NCBI GenBank assembly: GCA_020536535.1
Contig: JAHLWZ010000310.1
Location: 1 to 64,000 of the forward strand
Direction of reading: 5' to 3'
DNA: 64,000 bases
Source: Pelomyxa schiedti
Lineage: Eukaryota; Protista; Evosea
Shown here: positions 52,301 to 64,000 of the stretch, one piece after another
Layout of the letters: each line of letters opens with the position of its first letter
Position numbering within the stretch: the first letter of the stretch is position 1
The notes under the pieces: model-generated
Databases searched by the model: none
Seen by the model: only the letters and a program-made list of their open reading frames with translations
Told to the model about the DNA's origin: nothing
Translations under genes and position numbers: made by a program

Positions 52301-53765
52301 AGAGCTGCAAGGAAGGAATATCAGAGGACTTGTACCTCAGATCCACTTCTAACAAAGATACCTCGATTGATCTCTTCATGAAGCTAACGTGGGAAAATCA
52401 TGATATTGATCCACTGCCTAGCTATAGCAGAAATTTGGGTGTGCTTTGCATAATGTGGTTGAATGACTTCTGCAGAGCAAACAATCTTCCAAATTTAGAG
52501 CAAACATTTTCTTGTGCAACGTGTTTGAGGAAGCGGCTCGAGTCTAAAAATACAATTCTGCCATGCGAATTTCACTCTTTCAAGGAGAGTGAAGTACTCG
52601 AAGTTGTGCAGAATGGCAAGGAAGACCTCATTTGCTCTGTGGGTGGAAACGACCCACTGTACCTGGCAGATACTGCGCCAGAGTTTTCTCTCCTTGTATG
52701 CGAGGACAAGATAAAAACTTCTACCCACGAAACATGCCAGTTGATTGCAAAGGGAAGCGGTGTCTCCACGGCGTTACCAAAAGTTCTGCCAGTTCTATCT
52801 GTTTTAAGGGGTATTCCCCAACATCTCAACGTTGTCAAATACACTGGAGCCTGCATCGGAAAAGAAGGTCATCTCTTTTCGGTAACTGAATCCTTTCCTC
52901 TTAGAATTCCTCCGCAGTTGGAAGCCCTTGGCCTTAAAAATCATAACTCCTTGAACCTGCGGGATTTGATGGAACTGTGCATGCAAAGAGAGAATGAACC
53001 CAGAACACCCAAAACAAGTTTGGACTGTTTATTTCCAATGTCTCTTAGGGAGAAATTACTCAAAGACGTGGCACGGGGTTTGCATCATCTCCATGCCGAA
53101 CTTCCTTTTGTTGTTCACGGTGACCTTGTTGAAGATGGTTCATTATATCACACTAGCTTAACGCTTCTAACCCGCACACCAGGGAATGTGTTGATCTCAT
53201 CCCTAGAAGAAACCGGAACTGGGCCATGGGCAAAGGTTTTATATTTGAACCTATATCTGAGCCTCACATAAAAATAGATTGCACATCTGGGTGTGTCACG
53301 GCCGGAAAAGCCGTACCAAAGTGGGCCGTGGTACCACAAGGGTCAAGGCTTGAGTTCGCAACATAACCTCAAGTCTGATCTCCGGAATTTCGGTATGTAG
53401 TTCGCTCTCATCACCCCATGATACCTTACCAAATTCCAAAAGGAATACTGGTTCACAAGGTTGTTTCTATGACCCAGCATCCAGTACACTTCCACCCAAC
53501 TTGTAGTCCTCCCACAATCTCTCCTGCTGCAACGCCATTACAACCCGCTGCGCACCCGCCGGCACTGTCCTCAGTACCACCGATTCAACAACGAACAGAC
53601 ACCAGCAGTCATGAAACCACCATCACAACTACAAATCACACAGCAGCAGAAGTAGGGATACCAGTTTGGGCACAGCAAGTAATTGAGTGCTGCAGTCCCA
53701 GTCCCACATCACAGTCACCACCACCATCATTCCAACACCTCCTCCATATTTGGGGCCACTACTGA
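49372..53765 (+). CDS. Roco-family-like protein (LRR-ROC-COR-kinase) with degenerate catalytic motifs
   Basis: LRR (VNLSDLELNTIP..LELSDNPIRYLP). ROC (KLVLIGEPGAEKS, YPCFFCSYSIFLLFFD, HFWL). COR (CDYLSDTGAIIHF, LVVLKPEWF). Kinase-like (HLNVVKYTG, KDVARGLHHLH..VHGDL, GNVLI, WAK|IAHLG). Confidence 0.8.
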
Positions 53766-54052
53766 GGCACAACAAGCAAAATGGGGGAACAAGAAAAAAA
53801 AAAAAAAAGCAGCTTCAGACCTCCCTTTTTTTCATAGACGAGAGGAGGAGGAGGGCAAAGGGGTCTCTCACTCCGCCTGCCATCCCCCATCCCTCGTACA
53901 ACTATCTTTTCAAATTATGCCCGCGGAGTCCAGGAACATCATGAATGGCTTCCTCCCACCAGCGCCCAGGGCAAGACTGCGACAGGTGCCCTTGCAAATT
54001 TTTCATTGTGGGTGACGTTCCTTTTTTCCGGGTTGAAGTCCTAATTATTGTG

Positions 54053-55821
54053 ATGTCGTCTGCTGCGGTCACCCCCACAAGTGGCGGCGCGGTAGGCACC
54101 CCCAGCTCGGGCACCGAGTCGCCCGGGACGGCAACAGAGCCCGCCACCACCACCACCACCACCACGCCCACAGCAGCGTCGTCGGTGGGGGCGGTGGTCC
54201 TGCCTTCACCCCCGCCCACCAGATTCGTCGGCCACCCACAGCAGCCCACCACCACCACCGGTAGTAGTAGTAGCAGCAGCAGCACGAGCACGGTCACGGG
54301 TGGCGGTGGTATTCCTCCTCCTCCTATGCCCTCTTCTGCTGCTACTAGTGGTGGTGGGGGTGGTGGGGGGGTGGCGAAGGGGGGGATTGGGCGTAAGTTG
54401 GTGATGGCGGCCAAGGAGAGCTGCACGAGCGTGGCGTGGAGCGGGCTGGTTCAGGGTGAGAACGAATCCTTTTGGGCCTCCCAGTTCCAAAAGTACTTTT
54501 TGTGTATCACACACTTATTATTATGATAATTGATCGGTGCAACGCTGTGTGATTGTAATTTTGAATTGGCGCAAAAAATAGTACCTGGCAATAACTTGTT
54601 TACTCACTCACCTCCATTCATATTCATATTCATCCAGGGCATTTGTTGTTGGACAGATACCTCCTTCTTGTCCACCTCCTGACATAAGCGCAGCGACATC
54701 AACATCCACCACGACCACCTCAACGGTCTCCACACAACGGGTACTCTCAACTTCTTCGTATTTACTTTCTTGACATGTTGCTAGCAAGATGAGGATGATA
54801 TGTTATTTTTCATCATACAAAAAATCGGGTGAGTTTACCAAATTGATTCGGAAAATGACCTAATTATTCCGTGTGATCACAGAAAAGGAGGAAAACCCGA
54901 GGAAGAAGTGTCTGTAAAAAGAAAGAACTCAAAGACTTTACCAGAGCTGGAGTTTCCTGGTCTTTCTTGGGAAAGTCTGTACCCGTTCCTTACTTAACTC
55001 TCTAATCGCTCAATAGAATCCTTTTTATTGACTATGATTACGCAATTATTGCACTATTCCTTGACTGTGTATGTTTGCTACAATGAAACTGAAGAAACCA
55101 GGAAACCTTTTCAAACTCTCAGTGCTGTTCAAAGACAAGTGTACATACATAATCATAAATTTCAAGACTCTGATCTTGTCCAGATTTGCATCACCCACCA
55201 AAGTTAGGATGGATGCTAAGGTAAATACAACATCCCCAGCCTGGCCGTTCCTATATTTCTCTGTTGAAGAGTTCGGCGATGTTTGGCAGGGGATATCTCT
55301 CTCACAGTACCAACTATCTTCCGTGAACTCTTTTCACCTTAGAACAGGTTTGGAGAGTTCATTGCTGTAGACCTATCAGTTTCCGGCACAGTTTTTGGAA
55401 TACCAATCAAAGATCTCAGTATATTCAGAGGAGGAATTGGATTTAGGTTTTCCTTTTTTTCTACTCCCTTCCACTAAATACTTGATTAGCACTATGCAGA
55501 AGGTTTTTACACGGCCTATACGCAGCCCACCTGTAAACACAAATAGCTGGTTTGGGTCCATTATATCCAAGCTTGCCCCTCCGCCACAAACACCAGTCAA
55601 TGACAAGTTTGTGGAAATTAGAGGACCTGGTGGAAAAGGTCTAGTTCAAATGGCCCTTGTAAAACCCTACGGTAATTCTTTTCTTCCTCCTATTATTCAA
55701 TTCTTATTGCTTTGGTGCAGATGGGGAACCAAAGATGAATTGTGCACTCACTTTTATTTGTATTCATTACCAGTCCATAGCCCGTGATGTTTTTGACTGG
55801 CTGGACACTGCCACCGAATAG
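54053..55821 (+). CDS. KIAA0930/DUF2045 family protein
   Basis: FWASQFQK, EDDMLFFI, KRKNSKTLPEL..SWE, FASPTKVRMDAK, WPFLYFSVEEF, FVEIRGPGGKGLVQMAL match my recollection of the KIAA0930 motif order. Confidence 0.75.
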
Positions 55822-55946
55822 TTAATCAAAAAGCGTCCCCACGTAAAAAAAATCCACAAGAACAAGAAGAATTGTATGTTCGGCTTATTAATTTGACAAA
55901 CTTCCTGAAAACCATGGTTTTCTATTACCTGAGCTCATTCCTCTGC

Positions 55947-58900
55947 TCAGTCAAGGAATGTATCCGGCTCAATAGCATCCACAGTAGCAATAGGATACTC
56001 CTCTGCCGGACCATCGGGAACTTGTGTGATGATAGTAGCTGTTGGTGTTGCTTCCACAGGCTTTATGATGGATGCACTGAGTTCTATGGGGTGTGTGTTG
56101 GGCCTGGCGCCGAGAGTTACAGTCACTGTGGATAGAAGCTGATATACTTTCTCAATGCTTGTTGTAGCTGTGGTGGCTGCGGCTGTGGATGTGGTTGTTG
56201 TTGACTCGGATTCTGAAGAACCGGTTTGTTTTGGTGATGAACCATGGCCGAGTGTAAAGGGCTTCTTGCGCCGGATCGCTTGTTGGTCTTCAGTTACCTT
56301 AAAGAGGAATGAATTAAATGATGGTTATTTGGTAATTAATTAATGGGGCACCTCTACTGTTGATGACCCGGAGAGGGAGGAAATAAGTGTGGCTTCGTTC
56401 ATGTCGGGTATAAGGAGCCGCATTCGTTTGAAAGATAGTATAAGTGGTATGGATACTCCAGAATCAGGACGGTGCCCCATGTGAGTCCTGCTTTGGGTGA
56501 GTATTCTATGTGACGGTTCGGGACTAATACCTCATAAACATGTCGTGAGCTAGATTGGAATCACTGAAATAAAACTCAATCTGTTTCCGAATGTCATCCT
56601 GATCTTGGAATGAGAAAGAGTGGTAAAAAAATAAAACTGCAGACATTCTTAGAGCGATCTACAGTAGACCACTTTAATGTCAAAGTGTTGTTCTTTTCAT
56701 CATAGTGACTTCCATCGAGGGGCATGTCCTCCATCCAAGTGTTTACTTCAAATCCTATTAAGAGTCAGAGTCGAACCTAAAAACAAAAAGAAACAACCAT
56801 ATTCCGGGAGGAAAAGCGTAATGTACTTCTCACCCAGTGAAATAATGATAGCGGGGGTGTTCGCTTTTAAAGTAAGGATGGGCATCAAATGTTGAAGAAA
56901 ATACCGGGGCGCTGTTTGAGCAACAATGCAAGAAATAGTTGTGAACTAGAATCACTGGCCTTACGTGCCGCTTGCTTCCGGTCATTACTGGTATTACACA
57001 TCTTTGTAAGTTGGATTTCATCGGGAAGGCTGGAAAAGACTGACGCCTCGGCATTCAAGAGGTCCTCATAGAACTAAATACGAAAGATGATCAAGAGGCC
57101 ATACCGCTTTGGAGTTGTCCATTTCGATACTGGCAAGCAAGAAACGGTGTGCAAGGAGGTCGGGATACCTGAATTAATATGAGTCTATCATCGCGACCTT
57201 CTAAAATAATTTACCTCCTGATAGGGGATGTGAAGTGCGTGTAGATATCAACGCCAAGTGCATAATGGTGGGTGTCCACTTTGGTGCCACTGGCGTATTT
57301 AGCAAGCTGGAAAGATTGAGCAGCCAGATGGTCTACAACATCTGAAAGCTCAGGCGATAGTTGAGAAGCGCGTTCACGTGCTCTATCAAGGGATCTGGCA
57401 TAATGATAACTAGACGTGAAATCAATCTTCCCTAATCCCATGTTTTCTAGCATTTGGCTGAATCGAGAGCGCCTGTCAACTTTGGGAGGAGGGTGACTTG
57501 AAAAGTGATTTAGTTTGAAGGGTGAAATTATTTGTGTCATACTGGCGAATAATAGCCATAGGGAAGTGCTTTTGGTTGAACATGGCTACTCTAATGTTGG
57601 CTAACAACATAAATTCCTCCACTAACTTATTGCTTTCTTTTATGAGATAATGATGAGCTGATACAGGCTGGCCTTTTTCGTCAAGTTTGAACCACAATTT
57701 CTTATGACTTATTTCGATGCACCCATTCTGCCAAGGTAAGAAAAGTTAGGGTAGGAAAATTCTTACCTCTACTCGTTTTTTTCGAAGTACCATGGCTAAA
57801 TTGTTAAGGTTGAGGATGTCACTCACGATATGCTCCACGCTCACTGCTCCAAATGGGCCCAGCATAGGGTTAACCAAATCAGGGTGGCAAGTACTCCAAT
57901 CGTTCACAACTCTTCCCTCAATGCAATCCTGCGCCACATCATAGCTCAACTTCGCACAAGACCGAATCTGTTTAAGGTAAATCATGTGCATAGCCAAGCT
58001 ATGAATATACAATGGTTCTTCCAAACCACTCTTGAAGAATTTCTCCAGAGGGTGAAATGACCCATATAGCAGAAAAAGCTAATCTAAAAATTTTATTACC
58101 ACTGGGTGTGGTTAAAAAGGTTGATTTAACCTATCTTCATCTGGGTTAAGACTGCAAAGATTGTTTGCCAATGTCTCTGGGAGCATAGGAATGACTCTTT
58201 GAAGTAGATACACACTTGTGCTTCGTTCTTGTGCAACTTTATCAAGAGGGGAACCTGGAGGCACGAAATAGCTTACATCAGCTATGTGCACTCCAACCTT
58301 GGGAGAGGAGTAAATCCGTGTAACTGGACGAGAGAACCGACCTCGAAGTTGCCATCGGGAAGGCTGGTACAAGATAAAGCATCATCCATATCACGACAAG
58401 TTAAGGGATCAATTGTAAAGATTCTGTTGCGCCTTTACTCTTTGAGGGGAAGAAGTGTGTCAATAACCTTTTATTGCGTAAATCTCTTCTTGATGCAATC
58501 TCTGATGGTGGTATAACCCAAGGAAGTTTAGGAAGAACTTCCAAAGCCCGTGGGGGGAAGGGTGAATCTTCCACGTGGTTTGCCACGAGAATTGACTATC
58601 CCAAAAAAAAAAGGTTAGTACAACCCAAACGAACAGCATCATACTTTTGTTTCTGCTTCAATATCATCACATTGTCCTATAAGCGAAATAAAACTGTGAT
58701 GGGTAAACATGATGTCCAGTCTTTATTAATAATACCGAACAGGTGGCCGGCGGTGTTGAGATAACCATGGGCAGTATTTGCCGTGACATAACTTATGTAG
58801 GACTCCTCTCTCAAGGTTCCTTAGATGATCTGGACCCTGTGGTATTCCTAGAGCAGTTTTAATTTCGAACATTCGAATGACTCCAATGGGCAAGTGCTTG

Positions 58901-61402
58901 TCAATAGGACGGAAAAGTACATAGTTATCCCTCTCACTAAATAAAGTTAAGTGGAGAAGAACATATAAGCAATACACACAGGAATTGGCGGGAATCCATA
59001 TCAAGGGGCTCAACGTAACCTACAGTATCCTCTGAATGATGCATCTCATATATCCCCACCACTTTTCCAAGGGGCTGCAAGGTAGTGGTTCGAGCAGCTG
59101 TTATGAGTTCTTGCTGTTGTAACAGATGTTGCTCACTCGTCTTTTGAGGTGTGGGCTGAGAGACTTTTTCTTCTACTTGGTTTGTCTCTAGATTTGATTG
59201 TGCTTGCAAATCTGGGCATAGTGGTTTGGGGGACTCTGTTTGTTGCGGTTTCTCTGCATTTTCTGGTACTGTAAGGGAGTGAGGAGCCTGTGGCGGGTGA
59301 AGGGGTTCCTGTTCCGTCAGAGGAAGGGAGGGCTGTTTAGGTTCTGGTGCAGGAACTAATTTTTCTTCTGGAGTGAGTGAAAGTTGATTTGTAGGCGAGT
59401 CACGTTGCTCCTCTTCGATAACTTGTTGAGGTAGTTCATTTGTGGTAGACTCTGCAGGTTGAATAGAGCTCAGCATTTTTATCTCTCTTGCTAGCATTTC
59501 GTCAAGATCGCGGTCATTGTTCTCTGTGCAGGTTTCGATTTGACCCTCATCATCGCTTTCCTCCAGCTCCACAACTCCATCTTCCAACTGAGATGTTGAG
59601 AGATCATTTAAGGAATCGTCTTCCACTTCAACTAAGTTTTCACTGGCATGCTTGAGAGGCTCTGTACGCTAGTAAGCACAAAGTAGAGATGTGACAAAGG
59701 GATGTGTGCCTTCTGGTTGTGCTTTTGATTTCCATGAAGACATGGGATCCAGCTCTAAGACTACTACATCACCATCAAATGCTCGATTGCGGTTCTACAC
59801 AGCGGTGAGAAGGTTTTCTTTTTTTGATTTGCGTACTGCAATTGACTCTATGAAAACGTCTTGCGGAAAACCTTCTACTGTGGCATAGGCGTGCATGTAG
59901 TTTTTTGCATTAACACGAAGTGCTCCAAGGACAACGCTTCCCGCCTAGATGGGTGTGAGTTTCTTTAAATTGATTTAGGTCAAACCTTTAATCTTTGCTC
60001 AGCGGTAGCTGAATCAAGATGTTCAGGGAAGAACTTCCGCGCTATAGTTGTTGTTAGATCGCAATAACATAGACAACGCACCATGTTTATTGCGCTCACG
60101 ATTGTCAAACGATGGGGAAAATTGATTGGAAGGCATCCTTCGACCACGTGGTCCCTGTTGTTGGAAATTACCATACGGTGCTCCTCTTTGGTTCCAGTAT
60201 TGCCGGCCATTCTGATTGTTCTGCATGTAATACATAGGATTGCCTTGCTGAACTGCAGTATTATTTGCATATTGAGGTTGACTAGTCACCTGTTGTGGCT
60301 GTTGCATGATAGTGTAATGCTGTGGAGGGCTTGACAACGACTTTTGAATCAAAAACTGGTTTTGATGAGGAAGGTTGGACTCCTGTTGAGGCATAGGACT
60401 GAGTGTGTGCTGAGGCATTGCGGGCATGGTCTGTTGGGGAGCCATGGCAGTGAAGGTGGATTGGGGCACAGCATTGCATTGAGAAGGAAACACATTATAT
60501 TGCTGTTGGGGATAGGCACCTAGCTGTTGCTGAGGAAACTGCTGCTGAGGAAACGAATTATATGCCTGCTGCTGGTTGATGAAAGGCTGCTGCTGTACCG
60601 GAACTTGCTGCACCGCCGACCTGGAGTTCTGGAACTGACTTGGCATGCTCAGATTAGAATTTGGCTTATGCACAATGGAAATGCAGATGGACTTCTTGGT
60701 TTCGACGCCCTGCGGCGTGGCCCGTTGCTGCTGCAGCTGGTTCACGAGCTGAGATTGCAACACCTGATTTGGATCCTGCTGGTGGCCCTGGGGTCTCGGC
60801 TGAGATATAAGAAGGGAATTGGTCTGCTGCTGAAGCTGCTGAGTGTATCCCACAGTCCCCGGCTGCGCTTGCGGGTAGAACCTCTGCTGCGCCTGCCCAT
60901 AATTGTAATTCGCGGGGGAAGGGGGAGCGTACTGGAAAGTAGACGGCTGCAACTGCGGCTGCTGGACTTGCATTTGTTGCTGCTGCTGTGGGACATATCC
61001 ACAGTTACTAATATAGGAGCTAGTGGGGGCCTGGTAGTTGTAGTTTGAAGTACCACAATTACCCCCTGATGCCATTGGCATGTTTCCGGTTCTCCCATAA
61101 GTGTGGTTTTGTTGCTGCGGCGTGTAGCCGTAATTCGTTGAACAGGCTCCCTGTGGGACCCCCGTGGAATGCTGAGAAGCAGGAGGAAACGACGACGTTT
61201 GTGCGTTTGTGTAGTTGTTGGTGTAGTAACTGTTGGATTGCTGTGGTTGTTGTTGGTTCCACTGAGTGTTTGCGTTCGGGGCGCTGGGGGACATTATGGG
61301 AGGGGGCGAGGGCGAGTAGTAGTACCCCTGTTGTTGTTGGGGTTGTTGCTGGTTGTACGCGGCACCAGAGGTCGCCATCACGTGGCCCCCGCGGTACATC
61401 AT
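55947..61402 (-). CDS. DIS3L2: DIS3L2-like RNB 3'-5' exoribonuclease with Q-rich N-terminus and an inserted La motif
   Basis: [93 protein letters not shown]|YPD. No PIN domain. Confidence 0.88.
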
Positions 61403-61686
61403 CCGTAATGGACGCTGGTAGGGCTTAGTCTACGCTATTATGGGCACAGTTCGCGTGTAACTACGAGGGGGGCGCAGGGCGTGGTCGCGGTGGGTATCGA
61501 ATAGGCTCTTATCGCGTTCGATCTGATCAGATCAGGAATTGGAACTCCCAGCACCGTGGGATTCTTGAAAGCACTACGCAACAGATGCAACCCATCCTCT
61601 CTCCACCCTCCCTCCTTCCCAGCTTTGAACCAATCCCCCATCATCAACCAGATAGAGATACGGAACCGAATCGTTGGGTGTAGGGA

Positions 61687-62274
61687 ATGGACAACTTCAA
61701 GGATGTGCGGGCGGCGATGACGTGGCGAGCGAAGTTGTTTGGGTGCACTGAAGACACTGAGTCCTGTGCGCGTGCATTTGTTGTTGCTGTTATCATTATT
61801 AGTCTAACACTTATTGTGGGAGAGCGTCGCTCTCGTCTAACAGGGCACTTGGGTAGGTTTGTTTTCTTGGTTCTTGCCTTGTGTGCAATATGGGAGGAAT
61901 GTGGAATCACTTGGGGAGGGCATTGTTGGTGACAGGTGTGGCAACACTTCCCACTTCCCAATAACTAGAATCCTCAATCCAACGCCTTTTTTTTCTTTGC
62001 TCAGGTGCCAGGAGAATTGCTGTGCGTACACTGCGTTGATGCTGTGTGGCCTCAGTGTAATTGCTTCATGCACTCAAAGGGTCTCAGTAAGGAACAAATA
62101 TAAAATCGAGGTATTGTCTCCTCTTTACCTTTTACCTTGTTTTCAACCAACCAAACATAGGGCAGCTCTCTTGTAGATTTCGGGTTGTCATATTGCTGCT
62201 GGTGTTTTGTTCTATCCCAAAATCACCGTGAGATGTTCCATCCAGATAGGCTCATGGAAGGCAACGCTGTGTGA
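61687..62274 (+). CDS. PLAC8 (Cys-rich, DUF614) family protein
   Basis: WRAKLFGCTED, FLPCVQYGRNVESL, QRVSVRNKYKIE|GSSLVDF..YCCWCFVLSQNHRE. Confidence 0.85.
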
Positions 62275-62487
62275 ATGTAATCCACGATCGTGGAAAAACT
62301 CCTGTATCTAATTATAATATTCTCATATTCACTTTTCCGTTGAGATGATGTCTCATTTAGCACCAGTAATGCAGATGGGGGATGGAGATGGTGTGCTTCC
62401 ATTACACCGCATAACTCCTACGTAGTAGTTTCCTCTTTGGCTTGGATTTCCAGTAACTGGAATTGCGGGATCTCTATCAATTTCGTG

Positions 62488-64000
62488 ATGGCAACCACGA
62501 CACCGAAACTACGAGAGGCGTGCAGGGTACTCACCATCTCACGAGTGTCGTGGGACTACGCCATCCAGCCTGTCCTCGCCAGCTCCTTCCGATCCCTCGA
62601 GCGCGACGACGTGGTGTGGGCGTTCCGCGCGGCCTCGGCCCTGTTCCCCCTCGTCGCCCTCGTGTGCCGCGGCGTCGCCGCCGCCCCCGCGGTGCTCAAG
62701 CGCCCCGGCGACGAGTACCCGGAGCCACACTCGCGACACTGGGACTTGCGGTGCGCGGCCCTCGCGGGGAGCACCACGTGCATCGCGTGGATGCTGAGGC
62801 ACAAGCCCACGACCAACAACGCGAAGGACTGCCTGGGGGTGCTGTGGGGGCTCTGCGGCGGCGGTCACCTCGCGCTGGCCAAGCAGCTCGTCGACGGGGA
62901 CGACGCCGACGCTGGGACGGATAAGCGCGGGGCCGGCGGCCTCGGCTGCGATTATGGGCGGAGGGCCAACGCGAGGTGGGTGAGGGAATCAGGGCTGGAG
63001 TGGCCTGTCTGTGCCAACGGGCTCAGGGACGAGGTCAGGGAAGTAGTGGTGACCCGGGGGGGGGATGACACGTTGATGTCAGTGGTGTGTGCGGGTGGGC
63101 ACATCGACACCGCCAAGTGGGTTGTTGAGAGGTTCGGGCTCAAGGAGAGCTGGGAGCTTGCGGCCCCGTTCATGGCCGCCGTGCGCGCTGGGAAGCTCGA
63201 GGTGGCCAAGTGGCTGTGTTCCTCGTTCGGAGTAGTTTGGGCTGTAAACATGCTTGGCCTGAATTATCCAGCTGACCTCAGTGTTGGTGGCGATTTGGAG
63301 ATGATCAAGTGGCTGGTCGAGGTTTTCCCAGACAGCTGGAAATGGGAGAAGGACGCGAAAACGTGCACGCCGCTGGTGCTGTGTGATGTCATGAACAACA
63401 GGGACATCACACTGAAGGAGAGAATCGAGGCTTTCCAGTGGATCAAGTCCTACTTCTCCTTTGACCAGGAGGCAATCCAGAATGCTTCTCTCCAAAGGAT
63501 AACAAACGTGGAATCACTCAAGTGGTTGGTGGAGACTCACGGGGTGGTGCTCAGCGATGCGTTGTTGTCAGTGCTGTGGTGGAAAAGTGTTGAGGGTGTC
63601 GAGTCTGTTGAGTGGCTTGTAAAGCACCACCGAATGTCATTGACAGTGGCTACTTTCGTTGGAGCTTGCAGAAACATCAAAGATGACTTGCACTGTGTCA
63701 AGGTTCTGTCACAGGTTGTTGATCTCCCGCCAACCAGCCCTGATGAGGCTCTTGTTGTAGCCCTCGCCACTGGGAACATGAAAATCGCGAACTGGCTGGA
63801 ATCGAGCTTCCATGTCCTGGAGAAAAACATCAAATCCAGTCCAGAAAGGGTAAATTCCACTCTTGGTGAGCTCTGCACGCGTTCTGGCAACCATTGTGAC
63901 ACAAGGGCCATCAAGTGGTTCTTCCAGCAGGTCCCGGCACCAGTTATTCAGGAGGACACTGTGACTGGTCTGATTTTCAAACGCAGGGTCCGTTTCTCGA
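62488..64000 (+). CDS. Intronless ankyrin-like repeat protein, truncated by the window end
   Basis: Frame from ATG 62488 appears open to the window end (absent from the ORF track, which lists only stop-terminated ORFs). Repeats include LCGGGHLALAKQLV, CAGGHIDTAKWVVERFG and AVRAGKLEVAKWLC. Confidence 0.7.
   Translation, partial: MATTTPKLREACRVLTISRVSWDYAIQPVLASSFRSLERDDVVWAFRAASALFPLVALVCRGVAAAPAVLKRPGDEYPEPHSRHWDLRCAALAGSTTCIAWMLRHKPTTNNAKDCLGVLWGLCGGGHLALAKQLVDGDDADAGTDKRGAGGLGCDYGRRANARWVRESGLEWPVCANGLRDEVREVVVTRGGDDTLMSVVCAGGHIDTAKWVVERFGLKESWELAAPFMAAVRAGKLEVAKWLCSSFGVVWAVNMLGLNYPADLSVGGDLEMIKWLVEVFPDSWKWEKDAKTCTPLVLCDVMNNRDITLKERIEAFQWIKSYFSFDQEAIQNASLQRITNVESLKWLVETHGVVLSDALLSVLWWKSVEGVESVEWLVKHHRMSLTVATFVGACRNIKDDLHCVKVLSQVVDLPPTSPDEALVVALATGNMKIANWLESSFHVLEKNIKSSPERVNSTLGELCTRSGNHCDTRAIKWFFQQVPAPVIQEDTVTGLIFKRRVRFS

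Overview
Gene-dense eukaryotic (protist) DNA with many short spliceosomal introns, mostly about 35-70 nt and GT-AG. The gene families (Roco proteins, TKL kinases, many small GTPases, intronless lineage-expanded hypothetical families) suggest an amoebozoan, possibly the archamoeba Pelomyxa; this is inference, not verified. I reconstructed about 23 protein-coding genes by manual splicing. The window also holds a decayed Ty3/gypsy-like gag with a cluster of LTR-like repeats, a 3.46-kb TIR element with TA flanks, and a 100-N assembly gap. The standout is at 39262-39948, in an ankyrin-WW-TKL kinase gene: a 13-residue ankyrin loop appears to be encoded by 11 consecutive micro-exons (ten of 3 nt, one of 9 nt) separated by 12 phase-0 GT-AG introns. 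An independent 3-nt exon supplies the conserved Ile of KLQIWDTAG in a Rab gene. Other notable items are a DIS3L2-like exonuclease with a La motif inserted in its S1 domain, an NMNAT fused to an EcKL/APH-type kinase, and several degenerate GTPase and kinase domains. All exon structures are read from sequence only and need RNA-seq confirmation.
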